The notes: generated from the sequence alone by a model not told the origin. A DNA stretch of 64,000 nucleotides from Bacteriovoracia bacterium (GCA_050251055.1 JBFWNL010000009.1:1-64000); one strand, 5' to 3'; shown: positions 1 through 11,654, counted from the stretch's first letter. Numbers and translations: made by a program.

Positions 1-782
1 CGCACGACGGTGATCATCGCCATCGGCCAGGTGGACGCCAGCGGGTGACGCGCCGGCTTTTCGTGCTCATCGCAGAACTGCTGAACGTATACGATTCGAT
101 CGGCGCCGACTTCGCGATTGTCCGCCCGACCATGCATCTTCCCCCCGTTGAAGCTCATCCCATAGAAAATACTACCACCCACATGGATGTCTGCGCGGAA
201 AAGCTCCATTTCCGAACCTGCCGGTCCCATCCACTTCGATAAGTGCTTAGGGTTCGTCCACATCTCGCGTACCGTGGCGATCGGCGCCTCGAACGTGCGA
301 TTAATGACGAACTGTTCCTTACCGGAGAGCTCCTTCGTCAAGAATTCGCCCAGACGGTCCCAGGTGGAATTTCCGTTCGCCTTCTTGATGAACTTTTTCG
401 TCTCCTCGGCCGCTTCTGGCGTCGGCAGCTCAAAGCTCATCTCGAGACGGGTCTTGCCTTTGAGGTCGATAAAATTCGCCGTCACGCGAAAGAGCGGTGC
501 GCGCTCATCATTCCCGCCGTGGTCATAGACCATGCGCGCGTAAGGCTCCACTTCCAGGTACTTTGTCTTGTTGATGTAATCCGTGCCATCCGGCCCGTGC
601 ATCGTATAGTGCCACGTCCCGCCCGTCCGCAGATCCTTGCTATGGGTCGTAAGGGTAAATCCACGCGGGCCCCACCACTGACCTACCTGCTTAGGGTCAT
701 GCCAGGCGTCCCAAACGATTTTTACCGGAGCGTCGTAGACCCGAATGATCTCAATCTTGTTTGACTTACTTTTTACGGCCAT
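1..782 (-). CDS. SRPBCC/AHSA1 (START-like) tandem-domain protein, runs off left edge
   Basis: Not in the ORF track. Manual translation from ATG at 782 gives MAVKSKSNKIEIIRVYDAPVKIVWDAWHDPKQVGQWWGPRGF..., then a second domain FVINRTFEAPIATVREMWTNPKHLSKWMGP; the frame stays open to base 1. Overlaps the upstream ArsR gene. Confidence 0.85.
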   Translation of the reverse strand, partial: MAVKSKSNKIEIIRVYDAPVKIVWDAWHDPKQVGQWWGPRGFTLTTHSKDLRTGGTWHYTMHGPDGTDYINKTKYLEVEPYARMVYDHGGNDERAPLFRVTANFIDLKGKTRLEMSFELPTPEAAEETKKFIKKANGNSTWDRLGEFLTKELSGKEQFVINRTFEAPIATVREMWTNPKHLSKWMGPAGSEMELFRADIHVGGSIFYGMSFNGGKMHGRADNREVGADRIVYVQQFCDEHEKPARHPLASTWPMAMITVV

Positions 783-1137
783 ACTTCTTTCCCTTCTTTT
801 TACTGCTAGCGTGATTACGTGTAATGGTTTCCAGATAGGCTCCCAAACGGTCCAAACTTTCTTCCCAAAACTGGCGATAATGCTCCATCCAATCGGAGAC
901 GTCTTTCAGCTTTTCACCATTGAGTTTGCACGGACGCCACTGGGCGTCTTTGGACTTCGTGATGAGGCCCGCCCGCTCGAGCACTTTCAGGTGCTTAGTG
1001 ACGGCGGGCAGACTCATGTCATTTAGAAAAGGCTTGGCCAGATCAGACACGTTCGCTTCGCCTTTGGAAAGGCGCGCAAGGATCGCCCGACGGGTCGGAT
1101 CGGCAAGCGCGGCGAAGGTTTGGCTCAGGGTATCCAT
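766..1137 (-). CDS. ArsR/SmtB family transcriptional regulator
   Basis: FAALADPTRRAILARL...SLPAVTKHLKVLERAGLI; typical ArsR-SRPBCC pairing. Confidence 0.9.
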   Translation of the reverse strand: MDTLSQTFAALADPTRRAILARLSKGEANVSDLAKPFLNDMSLPAVTKHLKVLERAGLITKSKDAQWRPCKLNGEKLKDVSDWMEHYRQFWEESLDRLGAYLETITRNHASSKKKGKKYGRKK

Positions 1138-1140
1138 TTG

Positions 1141-1203
1141 TAATTAACTTATCGTTTAATTAACCAATAAGTTAAATATAAAGAAGGCGCCGCCTTTTGT
1201 CAA
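1141..1203 (-). promoter_or_regulatory. sigma70-type promoter and ArsR operator repeats
   Basis: Minus strand TTGACA (1198-1203), 17 bp, TATATT (1175-1180), followed by imperfect palindromes TTAACTTATTGGTTAA and TTAAACGATAAGTTAA. Confidence 0.65.
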
Positions 1204-1230
1204 TGGCCGAATACATCGGAAGAGATGCAT

Positions 1231-1270
1231 AAAAGCAAAACGGGCCGATCCCGCAAGGAATCGGCCCGTT
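1231..1270 (-). terminator. Rho-independent terminator after katG
   Basis: Stem AACGGGCCGAT/ATCGGCCCGTT followed by TTGCTTTT on the minus strand. Confidence 0.75.
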
Positions 1271-1305
1271 CTCGGTAATACCCAGGGATACCCCGGTTGA
1301 AGTGT

Positions 1306-3522
<2,217 letters not shown>

Positions 3523-3586
3523 CTACTTGAGTTATTTGGTTGTTCGATGATTTGAATTTACCGGGAGATGGTAACGACCTTGGCGA

Positions 3587-3632
3587 ATAGATTGAAATCG
3601 ATAATTTCTAATACGAAATAGATTTTATCTAT
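3587..3632. promoter_or_regulatory. OxyR-type binding site between divergent katG and oxyR
   Basis: ATAG-N7-CTAT at 3618-3632, plus a degenerate ATAG...CGAT half-site upstream. Confidence 0.65.
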
Positions 3633-3640
3633 ACTAGGGT

Positions 3641-4603
3641 GTGAGGATGCCGAAGCTGAATTTCACTCTCACCCAAATCGAATATGTGCTGTCCGTAGAG
3701 AAGTACGGGCAGTTCGCCCGGGCCGCGAAAGCCTGCTTCATCACCCAGCCCACCCTCAGCATGCAGGTCCAGCGGCTCGAGGAAAATCTGGGCTTCGTTC
3801 TTTTTGATCGTGCGAAAAAGCCCGTGCGAGCGACCGATCGGGCCCGTCCCGTACTCGCCCAGATGAAACTCATCCTCCACGAAGTACGAAAACTTGAAGA
3901 GCAGATTCATGGCCGCGTCCGGGGCCCTCTGTCGGGAGAGCTCACGGTGGCCGTCATTCCCACGCTCGCGCCTTCCCTCCTACCTCGACTTCTCCCCCGG
4001 CTTCGTCGACGCCTGCCGAACTTGGACCTCGACCTACGTGAAATGCAGACCCCGGATATCATCCAAGCCCTGAATCGTGACGAAATCGATCTCGCGATCG
4101 TGGCGCTTTCCTTGGGTTCACCACAGATCTCGGAGCGTCCTTTGTTTTGGGAGCCCCTTTCCGTCGTTTGCGGCAAAGAGCATCCGCTTCGACGCTTCCG
4201 ACGAATCAAACCCCAAAACCTTTCTCCTGAGGATATCTGGTTGCTCGAGGAGGGGCACTGCCTACGTACCCAGATGCTGGATCTTTGCGGGATGAAAGGG
4301 CGCCGGGATGCCGGGAGCAATTTCCGATTGGAAAGCGGAAGCCTGGAGACGCTCAAAAATCTGGTGGATACCGTGGGCGGTTACACGCTGGCTCCCTACC
4401 TGGCGACCGAAGACTTCCGGAATCGCGGCAGCATCATTCCGTTTGAGCATCCCATGCCCGCCCGCGAGATCGGCCTGGCGATGCGCCGAAAACACTTGAA
4501 GGCCGAACTCGTGCAAGCCTTCGAAGCCCAGCTCCTACAATGTCTGCCGCCCTATTTGCGTCAGCTACGCAAACAGGATTTGGACGTGCTTCCTATCGAC
4601 TGA
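3641..4603 (+). CDS. oxyR: hydrogen peroxide-inducible LysR regulator OxyR
   Basis: LysR HTH (FARAAKACFITQPTLSMQV); redox C-x8-C motif EEGHCLRTQMLDLC; divergent from katG. Confidence 0.9.
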   Translation: MRMPKLNFTLTQIEYVLSVEKYGQFARAAKACFITQPTLSMQVQRLEENLGFVLFDRAKKPVRATDRARPVLAQMKLILHEVRKLEEQIHGRVRGPLSGELTVAVIPTLAPSLLPRLLPRLRRRLPNLDLDLREMQTPDIIQALNRDEIDLAIVALSLGSPQISERPLFWEPLSVVCGKEHPLRRFRRIKPQNLSPEDIWLLEEGHCLRTQMLDLCGMKGRRDAGSNFRLESGSLETLKNLVDTVGGYTLAPYLATEDFRNRGSIIPFEHPMPAREIGLAMRRKHLKAELVQAFEAQLLQCLPPYLRQLRKQDLDVLPID

Positions 4604-4632
4604 CCGCGGTACAGGCTTGTGCCCCGCTTGTG

Positions 4633-5217
4633 CTATTCGAAGACAAGCCCGGAAAGCCGTTTGGCGTACTCGCGCACGTCCAACGGCCACTCTGCGATCT
4701 GCGCCCGGAATTTTTTCCGGTCCTTCGCATAGAGCGCCCGCAGGGCTTCTTCGTAACCCGGCAGGTCTCCGGCGATCGCGGCCATGAATTTGTATGTACG
4801 CTCCTGGGCGTTCCGCAAAGCCTCGCGACCGTGCGAATGCCTCTTGGCGTCCTCTACCAATCGACGCAACGTCGCGGAAGCGCCGCCCGGCTGAGCCGAG
4901 AGCCACTCCCAATGACGGGGAAGCAGCGAAATCTCGCGGGAAACGACGCCGAGCCGTGGACGGCCCGGACCACTCGCAGCGGCCGGAGGGGCTTCCTTGG
5001 TTAAGTAGACCTGCAAGCGCTGCAACGTTTCTTTTTCCGTCCCCTGAAGATCAAAGTCCATCTGCTTACCCGTGAGATCGCTGAAAACAAGCACCGACGC
5101 CGATGCGTGCGCTTTCAAATGCCGCCGCACGCTTAGGACCACCGCTTCCAGGGGCCCCTCGGCGAGTCGTCGATGGCCGTCAAAAGCCGTGTAAAGCTGC
5201 GGAAGTTGGTTTTCCAT
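4633..5217 (-). CDS. DUF2239 family protein
   Basis: GPGRPRLGVVSREISLLPRHWEWL, GGASATLRRLV, AGDLPGYEEA motifs. Confidence 0.85.
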   Translation of the reverse strand: MENQLPQLYTAFDGHRRLAEGPLEAVVLSVRRHLKAHASASVLVFSDLTGKQMDFDLQGTEKETLQRLQVYLTKEAPPAAASGPGRPRLGVVSREISLLPRHWEWLSAQPGGASATLRRLVEDAKRHSHGREALRNAQERTYKFMAAIAGDLPGYEEALRALYAKDRKKFRAQIAEWPLDVREYAKRLSGLVFE

Positions 5218-5234
5218 AGGTCACCTCGGATTTG

Positions 5235-5280
5235 ATATTACCCGGGTATAATTGAAATGTCAATATCACCCGGGTAATAT
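5235..5280. promoter_or_regulatory. tandem palindromic operator-like sites upstream of the DUF2239 gene
   Basis: ATATTACCCGGGTATA (5235-5250) and ATATCACCCGGGTAATAT (5263-5280). Confidence 0.6.
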
Positions 5281-5387
5281 AGCCCTAGCTTGCTGAGCTG
5301 CGGTGCTTTCGTCAGAATGAAGACGGAGCCGATGCCATGAACCACCTCATACCATCCGACGTGGAGCTACTGGAAACCTTCCGCCCC

Positions 5388-5605
5388 CTGGTTCCCCATC
5401 TCGCGACGCAAGACCCTAAAAGACCACAGCTCCCTGATTCCGTTCGAGCACCCGATCCCCGCCCGCGAGGTCGGCCTGGCGATGCGCCGAAAGTATCTGA
5501 AAGCCGATCTCGTCCATGCCTTCGAAAAACCGCTACATAAGATGCCTGCCGCCCTATTTGCGCCAGCTCAAGAAAAAGGACTTGGACCTATTGCCGATCG
5601 CCTAA
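5388..5605 (+). pseudogene. frameshifted remnant of an oxyR-like 3' end
   Basis: Aligns with 4388-4603: LVPHLATQD / IPFEHPIPAREVGLAMRRKYLKADLVHAFE / CLPPYLRQLKKKDLDLLPIA*, with two frameshifts. Confidence 0.8.
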
Positions 5606-5776
5606 TGCCGACCCCCAGCGCCGGTTCGGGCTGAAACATTTTGCGCATACCTTCTGGCACGAGGATGAGTCAAATCTGATCGAACGTAGGCCTCGTTTCG
5701 CCGCTTTCTCCTCTCACTCCGCGGCGGGCCTGGCATTCGGGTTGCACCTAAGCGGGAAACAAAAAAGGAGACGAAA

Positions 5777-6229
5777 ATGACCAAACGTAGCGCTAGCGTG
5801 GTTTGGACAGGAGACATGAAAACGGGCAAGGGTACGATTTCAACGGAAAGTCGCGCGTTGCGAAGCACGCCTTATTCGTTTCAAACCCGGTTCGAGACCC
5901 AAAGCGGCACGAATCCAGAAGAACTGATCGCCGCCGCCCATGCAAGCTGCTTCTCCATGGCGGTGGCGTTCGAGCTGGGGAAGCGTGGACTCAAGGCCGA
6001 ATCCATCGAGGCACAAGCTGAAGTGAGCCTAGCGAAGGAAGCCGACGGGGTTCGCGTGACGGGCAGCCACCTAGCCGTCTCCGTTCAAGTGCCGGGCGCA
6101 GAGGATGCGCAGGTGGACAAAGCCCTGGACACCGCGAAGCGGAATTGCCCGATTTCTAAGCTCTTGAACGTACCCATCACCCTAGAAAAAAAGGGGGGCA
6201 CGTCGCCTCCCCTCCAAGCCACTGCCTAA
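5777..6229 (+). CDS. osmC: OsmC family peroxiredoxin
   Basis: GTNPEELIAAAHASCFSMA and AKRNCPISK motifs. Confidence 0.92.
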   Translation: MTKRSASVVWTGDMKTGKGTISTESRALRSTPYSFQTRFETQSGTNPEELIAAAHASCFSMAVAFELGKRGLKAESIEAQAEVSLAKEADGVRVTGSHLAVSVQVPGAEDAQVDKALDTAKRNCPISKLLNVPITLEKKGGTSPPLQATA

Positions 6230-6248
6230 GGGGCTCACAGGCGGGGGT

Positions 6249-6920
6249 TCAATTTCGATTAGCTGAATCGATGGCCGTTCGGTGGCGATCCACCCAATAC
6301 GGCCATGCGAAGAGCGCAAGGCTCACCGGCCCGAAAAGCGCGATCGCCTGTTCGCTCGGAGGCGGGGGACCGAAGATGTTTCCAAAGTAAATCAACAGCA
6401 TCGTCGCTACGAAAGACGCCAAACCCCACTTGCCGATTCGATTTCGCGCCTGGGTCACCCGTGCATATATCGCGACGCCAACGGCGAATAACACGAGTTC
6501 GACCGCGAGCGTGGCCGGGACTGAATACCAGAGGCCTAAGCCGTATTTGGGCTGACCCGCGCCCGGGAAAATCGGCAGGTCGGGGCGGTGGCTGAAAAAG
6601 TCCAGAAACCAATGGCTCAGCACCCCGAAGGCGAGCACCGTAGCGCCCCGCCAGTAACGCGTGAATCCGAAATAAACCGCTCCGAAGAGCAGCGCCCATC
6701 CCACGCTCGCCAGGAGGCTGTGGCTGAGGGGATAGCTTACAAAATCAAGAGGCGTTACCGCCGTATTGCCCGGATCAATGCGAACCTGCTCCCAACCCAG
6801 GAGCAGAAAGAACGGCCAGAGCACGTCGACGAAGCCCACGGAGAGTAACAAGGTACCGAGCGACGTACGGGGAGCAACTTTTTTGGCGGCGAATCCGAGG
6901 GCGAAGTGTCCAATGAACAT
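6249..6920 (-). CDS. membrane metal-dependent hydrolase-like protein
   Basis: MFIGHF, YPLSHSL, SHWFLDFFSHRPDLP motifs; multiple TM helices. Confidence 0.75.
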   Translation of the reverse strand: MFIGHFALGFAAKKVAPRTSLGTLLLSVGFVDVLWPFFLLLGWEQVRIDPGNTAVTPLDFVSYPLSHSLLASVGWALLFGAVYFGFTRYWRGATVLAFGVLSHWFLDFFSHRPDLPIFPGAGQPKYGLGLWYSVPATLAVELVLFAVGVAIYARVTQARNRIGKWGLASFVATMLLIYFGNIFGPPPPSEQAIALFGPVSLALFAWPYWVDRHRTAIDSANRN

Positions 6921-6929
6921 TCGTTTCCC

Positions 6930-7586
6930 CTAGCCCCGGGCGATCCGCTTAGCCACGAGCAAAAGGCGCGGGCTTTGGTGCCGATCCGACGTCGAGGGGA
7001 CGAGCTGGTACTCAACGATTTCCCAACCAAAACGCGGCAAGGTTGCCAAAATCTCCCGATCGTCCCGCGGGCGATTCGAGGAAAACCGCTCCGGAATCCC
7101 GAAATCGATGACGTTATTGATAAACAGGTAGGCGTTGGTATTCGACACGTGATGCAGCGTGGTCAGGAAGCGATGAAAATCCAAGTAATTCAGCACCTGT
7201 GAAACTACGACGGCATTAAACCGTTTCGGTAGTCGCTCGAGCAGTTGGGCAGTGGGCCCTGATAAATCAAATTGAACGAAGCGCACGGGTGGGAGCGCGA
7301 CGGCGAATCGGTCTTGCAATACCCGTAAGGCGGTTCCATCGCCGTCCACGAAAGTGATCTCGGCCGCAGGAAAGCGCGTGGGCGCTAAAATCGGATTCAA
7401 ATACGGGCCGAACTCCACGCAAGGACCGCGCATTTGGGCATCATACTTTTCAATCAGGGGGTAAAGGCTCGCGCCACCCTCGGCCATGCGTACTTGCGCC
7501 GCGGCGTCGAAGTGTACATTTTCAAACTGCATCGCTAAACCCGCAATCCATGGAGCCTTGCCATAGGGTCCAAAGATAAAGGTCAC
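6930..7586 (-). CDS. putative class I SAM-dependent methyltransferase-like protein (start uncertain)
   Basis: VEFGP motif I, TFVD, FDL, VVVSQVLNYL pattern. Confidence 0.5.
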   Translation of the reverse strand: MTFIFGPYGKAPWIAGLAMQFENVHFDAAAQVRMAEGGASLYPLIEKYDAQMRGPCVEFGPYLNPILAPTRFPAAEITFVDGDGTALRVLQDRFAVALPPVRFVQFDLSGPTAQLLERLPKRFNAVVVSQVLNYLDFHRFLTTLHHVSNTNAYLFINNVIDFGIPERFSSNRPRDDREILATLPRFGWEIVEYQLVPSTSDRHQSPRLLLVAKRIARG

Positions 7587-7719
7587 CGGTAAAGTTGTCC
7601 ACCGCTACAAGCATTCGGTCGCCGGAAAGCGCCAGAAAGCCCGTTTGACCTGCCGATCGGGACTTTGATCGTCAGGATGGCTCAAGACAGCGATGATGGA
7701 GGCCTGGGAGGAAAATCCA

Positions 7720-8287
7720 TTGAATAAACAAGCGGCGACTATTGCTATATTGATCATGACCCTGAACCCCACTGGCTGGGCAAGCACCGGCGGGGGCGGC
7801 AGCATGCCGGGCCCGGACGACGACAACTGCCAGTCGGTAGACAGCATCGAGCTGATACTATTCGAAGGGGCGAACTTCTCGACCGAAACCACGGCTCGGA
7901 CCCCTACCCTCGTGCCGTCCTTGGCCAGCCTACTCGAGCACTGTGCCCCCCCCCACGGATCAAGAGAATATCGAACACCACCGAAACTGGATTCGGCAAA
8001 TCGACGGCGAACTGGCCGACCTCTATGAAGAAGACGCCTGGCTCCGAGACGCGCTCAAGAAGGCTTACGATGACTATAATAAATGCGTAGCGAAGTGGAG
8101 AGAGCAAAACCCCGGCACCACTTGCTTCAATCCCCCGTGCGATTCCGAGAAAGAAGACATCGAATTCCTAAAGCGTATGCTCGCCTCCAATGCCCATGAA
8201 GAGGCATTGCTGCTCGAGCGGCGTGCCCAACACCAAGCTGAACTGGATGCGCTACTAACCGGCTGCCCCATCGTCCCCGAGAATTGA
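7720..8287 (+). pseudogene. secreted Cys-containing coiled-coil protein split by a C9 tract
   Basis: GGAGG RBS, TTG start at 7720 and a signal peptide; removing one C from the C9 run (7946-7954) joins it to ORF 7943-8287. Confidence 0.65.
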
Positions 8288-8390
8288 GTGCACCCAACGG
8301 CGCGGGGGATCCGTAACCCTTCGGTGAACGGGTTCCCCGCGTGTCGATCCGATTGCCATCCTTGGATGCCATGCGGTAAGCTCGCGCCCG

Positions 8391-8858
8391 ATGAGCGTGA
8401 AACAGAAAACCAAACGGAAGAAACCGACCCGGCTAACAACAAAATCGAAGTCAAAGGTCGCGTCGAAATCAAAAATGGACGCAAGGCTCAAGCGTGACGG
8501 GTATCACCTCCCGGTGCGATCTGAACAGGAGCAGATAGCGAACCTGTCGGAAGACCTGCAAGAAGCTTGGCTCGCGCTGCGTTCACGACTACTGAGCCAG
8601 GGGGACCAGGAAATGCGAACCTCGCATCGCTCGATCATGTTCGCCCGCAAAACTTGCTATGCTTTTGTGCGCCCAAAGAAAGCGTTTCTCGAATTGAATT
8701 TTTTCCTGCCTCGCGCCTTGCGGTCGGAATTCATCAAGAAAATCAATTCGGTTTCCAAGACGAAGTGGGTCCATGTGATGCACCTTACGCACTCGGACCA
8801 GGTGGAAACCCCCCTGACCGATTGGATCCGCGAAGCGTTCGAGCATTCCGGGCCTTGA
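8391..8858 (+). CDS. DUF5655-like protein with Lys-rich N-terminus
   Basis: SIMFARKTCYAFVRPKK...KWVHVMHL...DWIREAF pattern. Confidence 0.65.
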   Translation: MSVKQKTKRKKPTRLTTKSKSKVASKSKMDARLKRDGYHLPVRSEQEQIANLSEDLQEAWLALRSRLLSQGDQEMRTSHRSIMFARKTCYAFVRPKKAFLELNFFLPRALRSEFIKKINSVSKTKWVHVMHLTHSDQVETPLTDWIREAFEHSGP

Positions 8859-8883
8859 CATATATACCCCATAGGGGTACCAT
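8855..8883 (+). promoter_or_regulatory. promoter with CsoR-type operator
   Basis: TTGACA (8855-8860), 17 bp, TACCAT; C/G-tract palindrome TACCCCATAGGGGTA (8865-8879) in the spacer. Confidence 0.8.
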
Positions 8884-8889
8884 GTACCA

Positions 8890-9189
8890 ATGAACAACCC
8901 CCACCGTAAACCTAAAGCCCCCCCACCGACGGATCATTCGGAAGACTTAGTTCGGCTACGCCGCATTCGGGGTCAAATCGAGGGCGTGGAGCGCATGGTC
9001 GGAGACGGCCGCTACTGCATTGATATCCTCAACCAAATGCGGGCGATCATGGCCGCCCTACGCTCGACCGAAGCCCTTATCCTGGAACGCCACGCCCGGC
9101 ACTGCATTAAAGACGCGATCGACGCCGGAGACCCTCGTCGCACCGACGAAAAAATCAATGAACTACTGACGCTTTACCAAAAGCGCTAA
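8890..9189 (+). CDS. csoR: CsoR/RcnR family metal-sensing repressor
   Basis: RLRRIRGQIEGV, YCIDIL, HARHC (C-H-C ligands). Confidence 0.9.
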   Translation: MNNPHRKPKAPPPTDHSEDLVRLRRIRGQIEGVERMVGDGRYCIDILNQMRAIMAALRSTEALILERHARHCIKDAIDAGDPRRTDEKINELLTLYQKR

Positions 9190-9198
9190 GGAGCACGC

Positions 9199-9912
9199 AT
9201 GACTCACCAAATGTTTAACGTAGACGGAATGACCTGTGAAAGCTGCGTGAAGAAAATCACGGAGAACCTCCGGCAGGATTCCCGCATAGAAAATCTTCAC
9301 GTTACCCTGGACCCGCCGCGTATTCACTTTGACTCGAAAGTAAAATACGACGCCGGCACCATAAACCAGAGGCTGGCCTCCCTGGGAAAGTATTCCGTTT
9401 CGGAAAATGGCCACACAATGCAGACGAAGGAGTCCACATCCGCCTGGGTCTTAAAGTATATGCCTTTGATTTTGCTGTTTGGCCTCTGCGCGGGAATCCC
9501 AGCCCTGAACCTAGCACTCGGCCGCTCGGACTGGGATCATTGGATGTACCAGTTCATGGGCGCGACCCTGATCGCGCTTTCGTATTTCAAGTTCTTGGAT
9601 CCTCCCAAATTCGCCGAAGCGTTCGCGACCTACGACCCCATCGCCAGAAAACTATACCCTTACGGGTACGTCTACCCGTTCTTCGAACTCGGGGCGGGAA
9701 TCGGCTTGCTCTTAGCGGTCGAGGTGAAAGCTTTGTCGATTTTAGTGGTGTTATTTTTGCTGCCCACCACGATAGGCGTGATCCAGGCTTTGAGGCAAAA
9801 GCGCAAGTTCCAGTGCGCCTGCCTTGGAACCGCATTTAATCTTCCGCTCACGAAGGTGACCATCGTGGAAAATATGCTCATGATGGCGATGTCCGTGATG
9901 ATCGTCCTTTAG
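9199..9912 (+). CDS. HMA domain + MauE/DoxX-like membrane protein
   Basis: GMTCESC HMA motif; FAEAFATYDPIA, YPFFEL, QCACLG. Confidence 0.85.
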   Translation: MTHQMFNVDGMTCESCVKKITENLRQDSRIENLHVTLDPPRIHFDSKVKYDAGTINQRLASLGKYSVSENGHTMQTKESTSAWVLKYMPLILLFGLCAGIPALNLALGRSDWDHWMYQFMGATLIALSYFKFLDPPKFAEAFATYDPIARKLYPYGYVYPFFELGAGIGLLLAVEVKALSILVVLFLLPTTIGVIQALRQKRKFQCACLGTAFNLPLTKVTIVENMLMMAMSVMIVL

Positions 9913-10249
9913 GGGCCGGCTCGCTTGGGGGCAATCAAAGCGCCGACCTCGTTTAAAAAGCAGTCGATATCGAACGGCTTCTGGAGAAAACGCACCGATT
10001 CAAAACGAAAGGCACCACCTTTATGGTCCAGCTGCCTAACGAACCGCTCTTACATTAAAGCGAGCTCCCCAGCGAAGAAGCGTGAGCATTTTTAATTAAC
10101 AAAAAAATAGAAATTAATATCGAATCTATATATTAAATATCTGTTATTATTATTATTTATTAGATTTAATAGTATAATAATAAACAAAATTACAGTTTTT
10201 ACTTTATTAATAACACATTGCGTCGCATTCTCTACCAGAGGGGAAAATA

Positions 10250-10792
10250 ATGAAAACTTATTGGATCGCGTTACTTCTGGGTGCTCTTCCTTACTCGTCC
10301 CTGGCCGCCCCTCACTGCAATAGCGTTGACCTGACACCGGGAATTGTGGTCCCGATGCCTTCCGGTGGCGGCATCGATTTCGGTGAAGTCGACGGAATCA
10401 TCAACAACCTGCAGTGCTTTATCGATAACGTGTTTCCATGCACCGTTTACCAAAATCGATGCGAGGATGCGATCGGCGCGTGGCAAAGCATTCATCAACA
10501 AATCTCTGCGGCCCAGGCGCAGTTGGCGGCGCTCCAGGGGCAACTGGGCTCTTTGCTAACGGCGTTGCGAAACTGCCGGGCATCCAATGGATTCTCAAAT
10601 CTAGAAGACAGTGATCCCTGCCTGGATCTCACTCATCAGGTGGGCGACGTAATGAGAAGGATCGGCCAACTCATTCACAACGTGATTCCGGGTTTGCAAT
10701 CACAGCTCCCGGGCGCGGCCGACGCGGCCTATACGGCCTGCGTGGACAATCGCCCCGCGGAGTGCGAAGAGATCGCCCTACCCTTGGACTAA
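10250..10792 (+). CDS. secreted Cys-rich coiled-coil protein
   Basis: GAGGGG RBS, signal peptide ending SLA, 8 Cys, heptad-like QQISAAQAQLAALQGQL. Confidence 0.75.
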   Translation: MKTYWIALLLGALPYSSLAAPHCNSVDLTPGIVVPMPSGGGIDFGEVDGIINNLQCFIDNVFPCTVYQNRCEDAIGAWQSIHQQISAAQAQLAALQGQLGSLLTALRNCRASNGFSNLEDSDPCLDLTHQVGDVMRRIGQLIHNVIPGLQSQLPGAADAAYTACVDNRPAECEEIALPLD

Positions 10793-11087
10793 TCCTTTTT
10801 CCGGGGTAATTCAGACTATCGGGAAGCAAGCCTCCATCGGCACCCAATCACAGGTTTCCCCACCATGCATCCCCAAAAACCCCGCAGAGACGCAGACGGC
10901 GGAAACAGCTCCCGTTGGGAATAATAATATAATTTCAGATACTTATAAAAATTTTTCGCCGCTTTTCTTGACAATTTCCGAGCCGAACCTATTTAAAAAT
11001 AGTAGGCAGTATTTGGTTTAAAAATTCCAATTCTTCGACCTGCTTAGGAGGTCAGAAACTTAACTCGAAGGAAAGGAGAACTCACGC

Positions 11088-11414
11088 ATGTCAACAGGAG
11101 TCATGAGTCGCACATTTCAGGTAACCTATCCTGCGGCAATCTTTACGGCTGCCCTAGCCAGCGCCGGAATGGGAATGATCCCGGCCCAGGGCGGAAACCC
11201 AGGGTATATTTTGTTTCCCGAGCACAACCCCGAGCAGACTAATCACACGCTGGCGTCAACCGACGCCATGATCTGCTCAGATCAATCCGACCACTTCCCG
11301 TCAACAAATTCGCCCCGGGCTTGCACCGACAAAAACGATTGGCCATGGCGGGTGAATAAAGACGAACCTCAATCGGAGTACAAGCCCAATCCGACTTCAA
11401 GCCGACTCAACTAA
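11088..11414 (+). CDS. hypothetical protein, possibly exported
   Basis: AGGAG RBS, hydrophobic N-terminal segment. Confidence 0.45.
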   Translation: MSTGVMSRTFQVTYPAAIFTAALASAGMGMIPAQGGNPGYILFPEHNPEQTNHTLASTDAMICSDQSDHFPSTNSPRACTDKNDWPWRVNKDEPQSEYKPNPTSSRLN

Positions 11415-11438
11415 ACATTTTTGTTTGGAGGAATAGCT

Positions 11439-11654
11439 ATGGAGCTGATCGGAAAAGACGGTACAGAGACACGCAAAGTAAACAGGAAGTCAAAACTCGC
11501 GTACCGATTCTGCAACATCTGCAAAGACGAATTCAAACCAAAAACTATATTTGATCGTTATTGCCTGACCTGCAGGAAAGAGAGCGAGCTTTTAAAGTTC
11601 ATCTCGAGTTTTCCAGAAGCAGACGAAACGATCTTAGAGAAGGTCCCGGCCTAA
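11439..11654 (+). CDS. small zinc-ribbon protein
   Basis: GGAGG RBS; CNIC-x12-CLTC. Confidence 0.65.
   Translation: MELIGKDGTETRKVNRKSKLAYRFCNICKDEFKPKTIFDRYCLTCRKESELLKFISSFPEADETILEKVPA

Noticed and set aside
8299-8345. GC-rich hairpin after the split secreted gene
   Set aside because: Single copy without a U-tract; cannot be called a terminator or a REP element.
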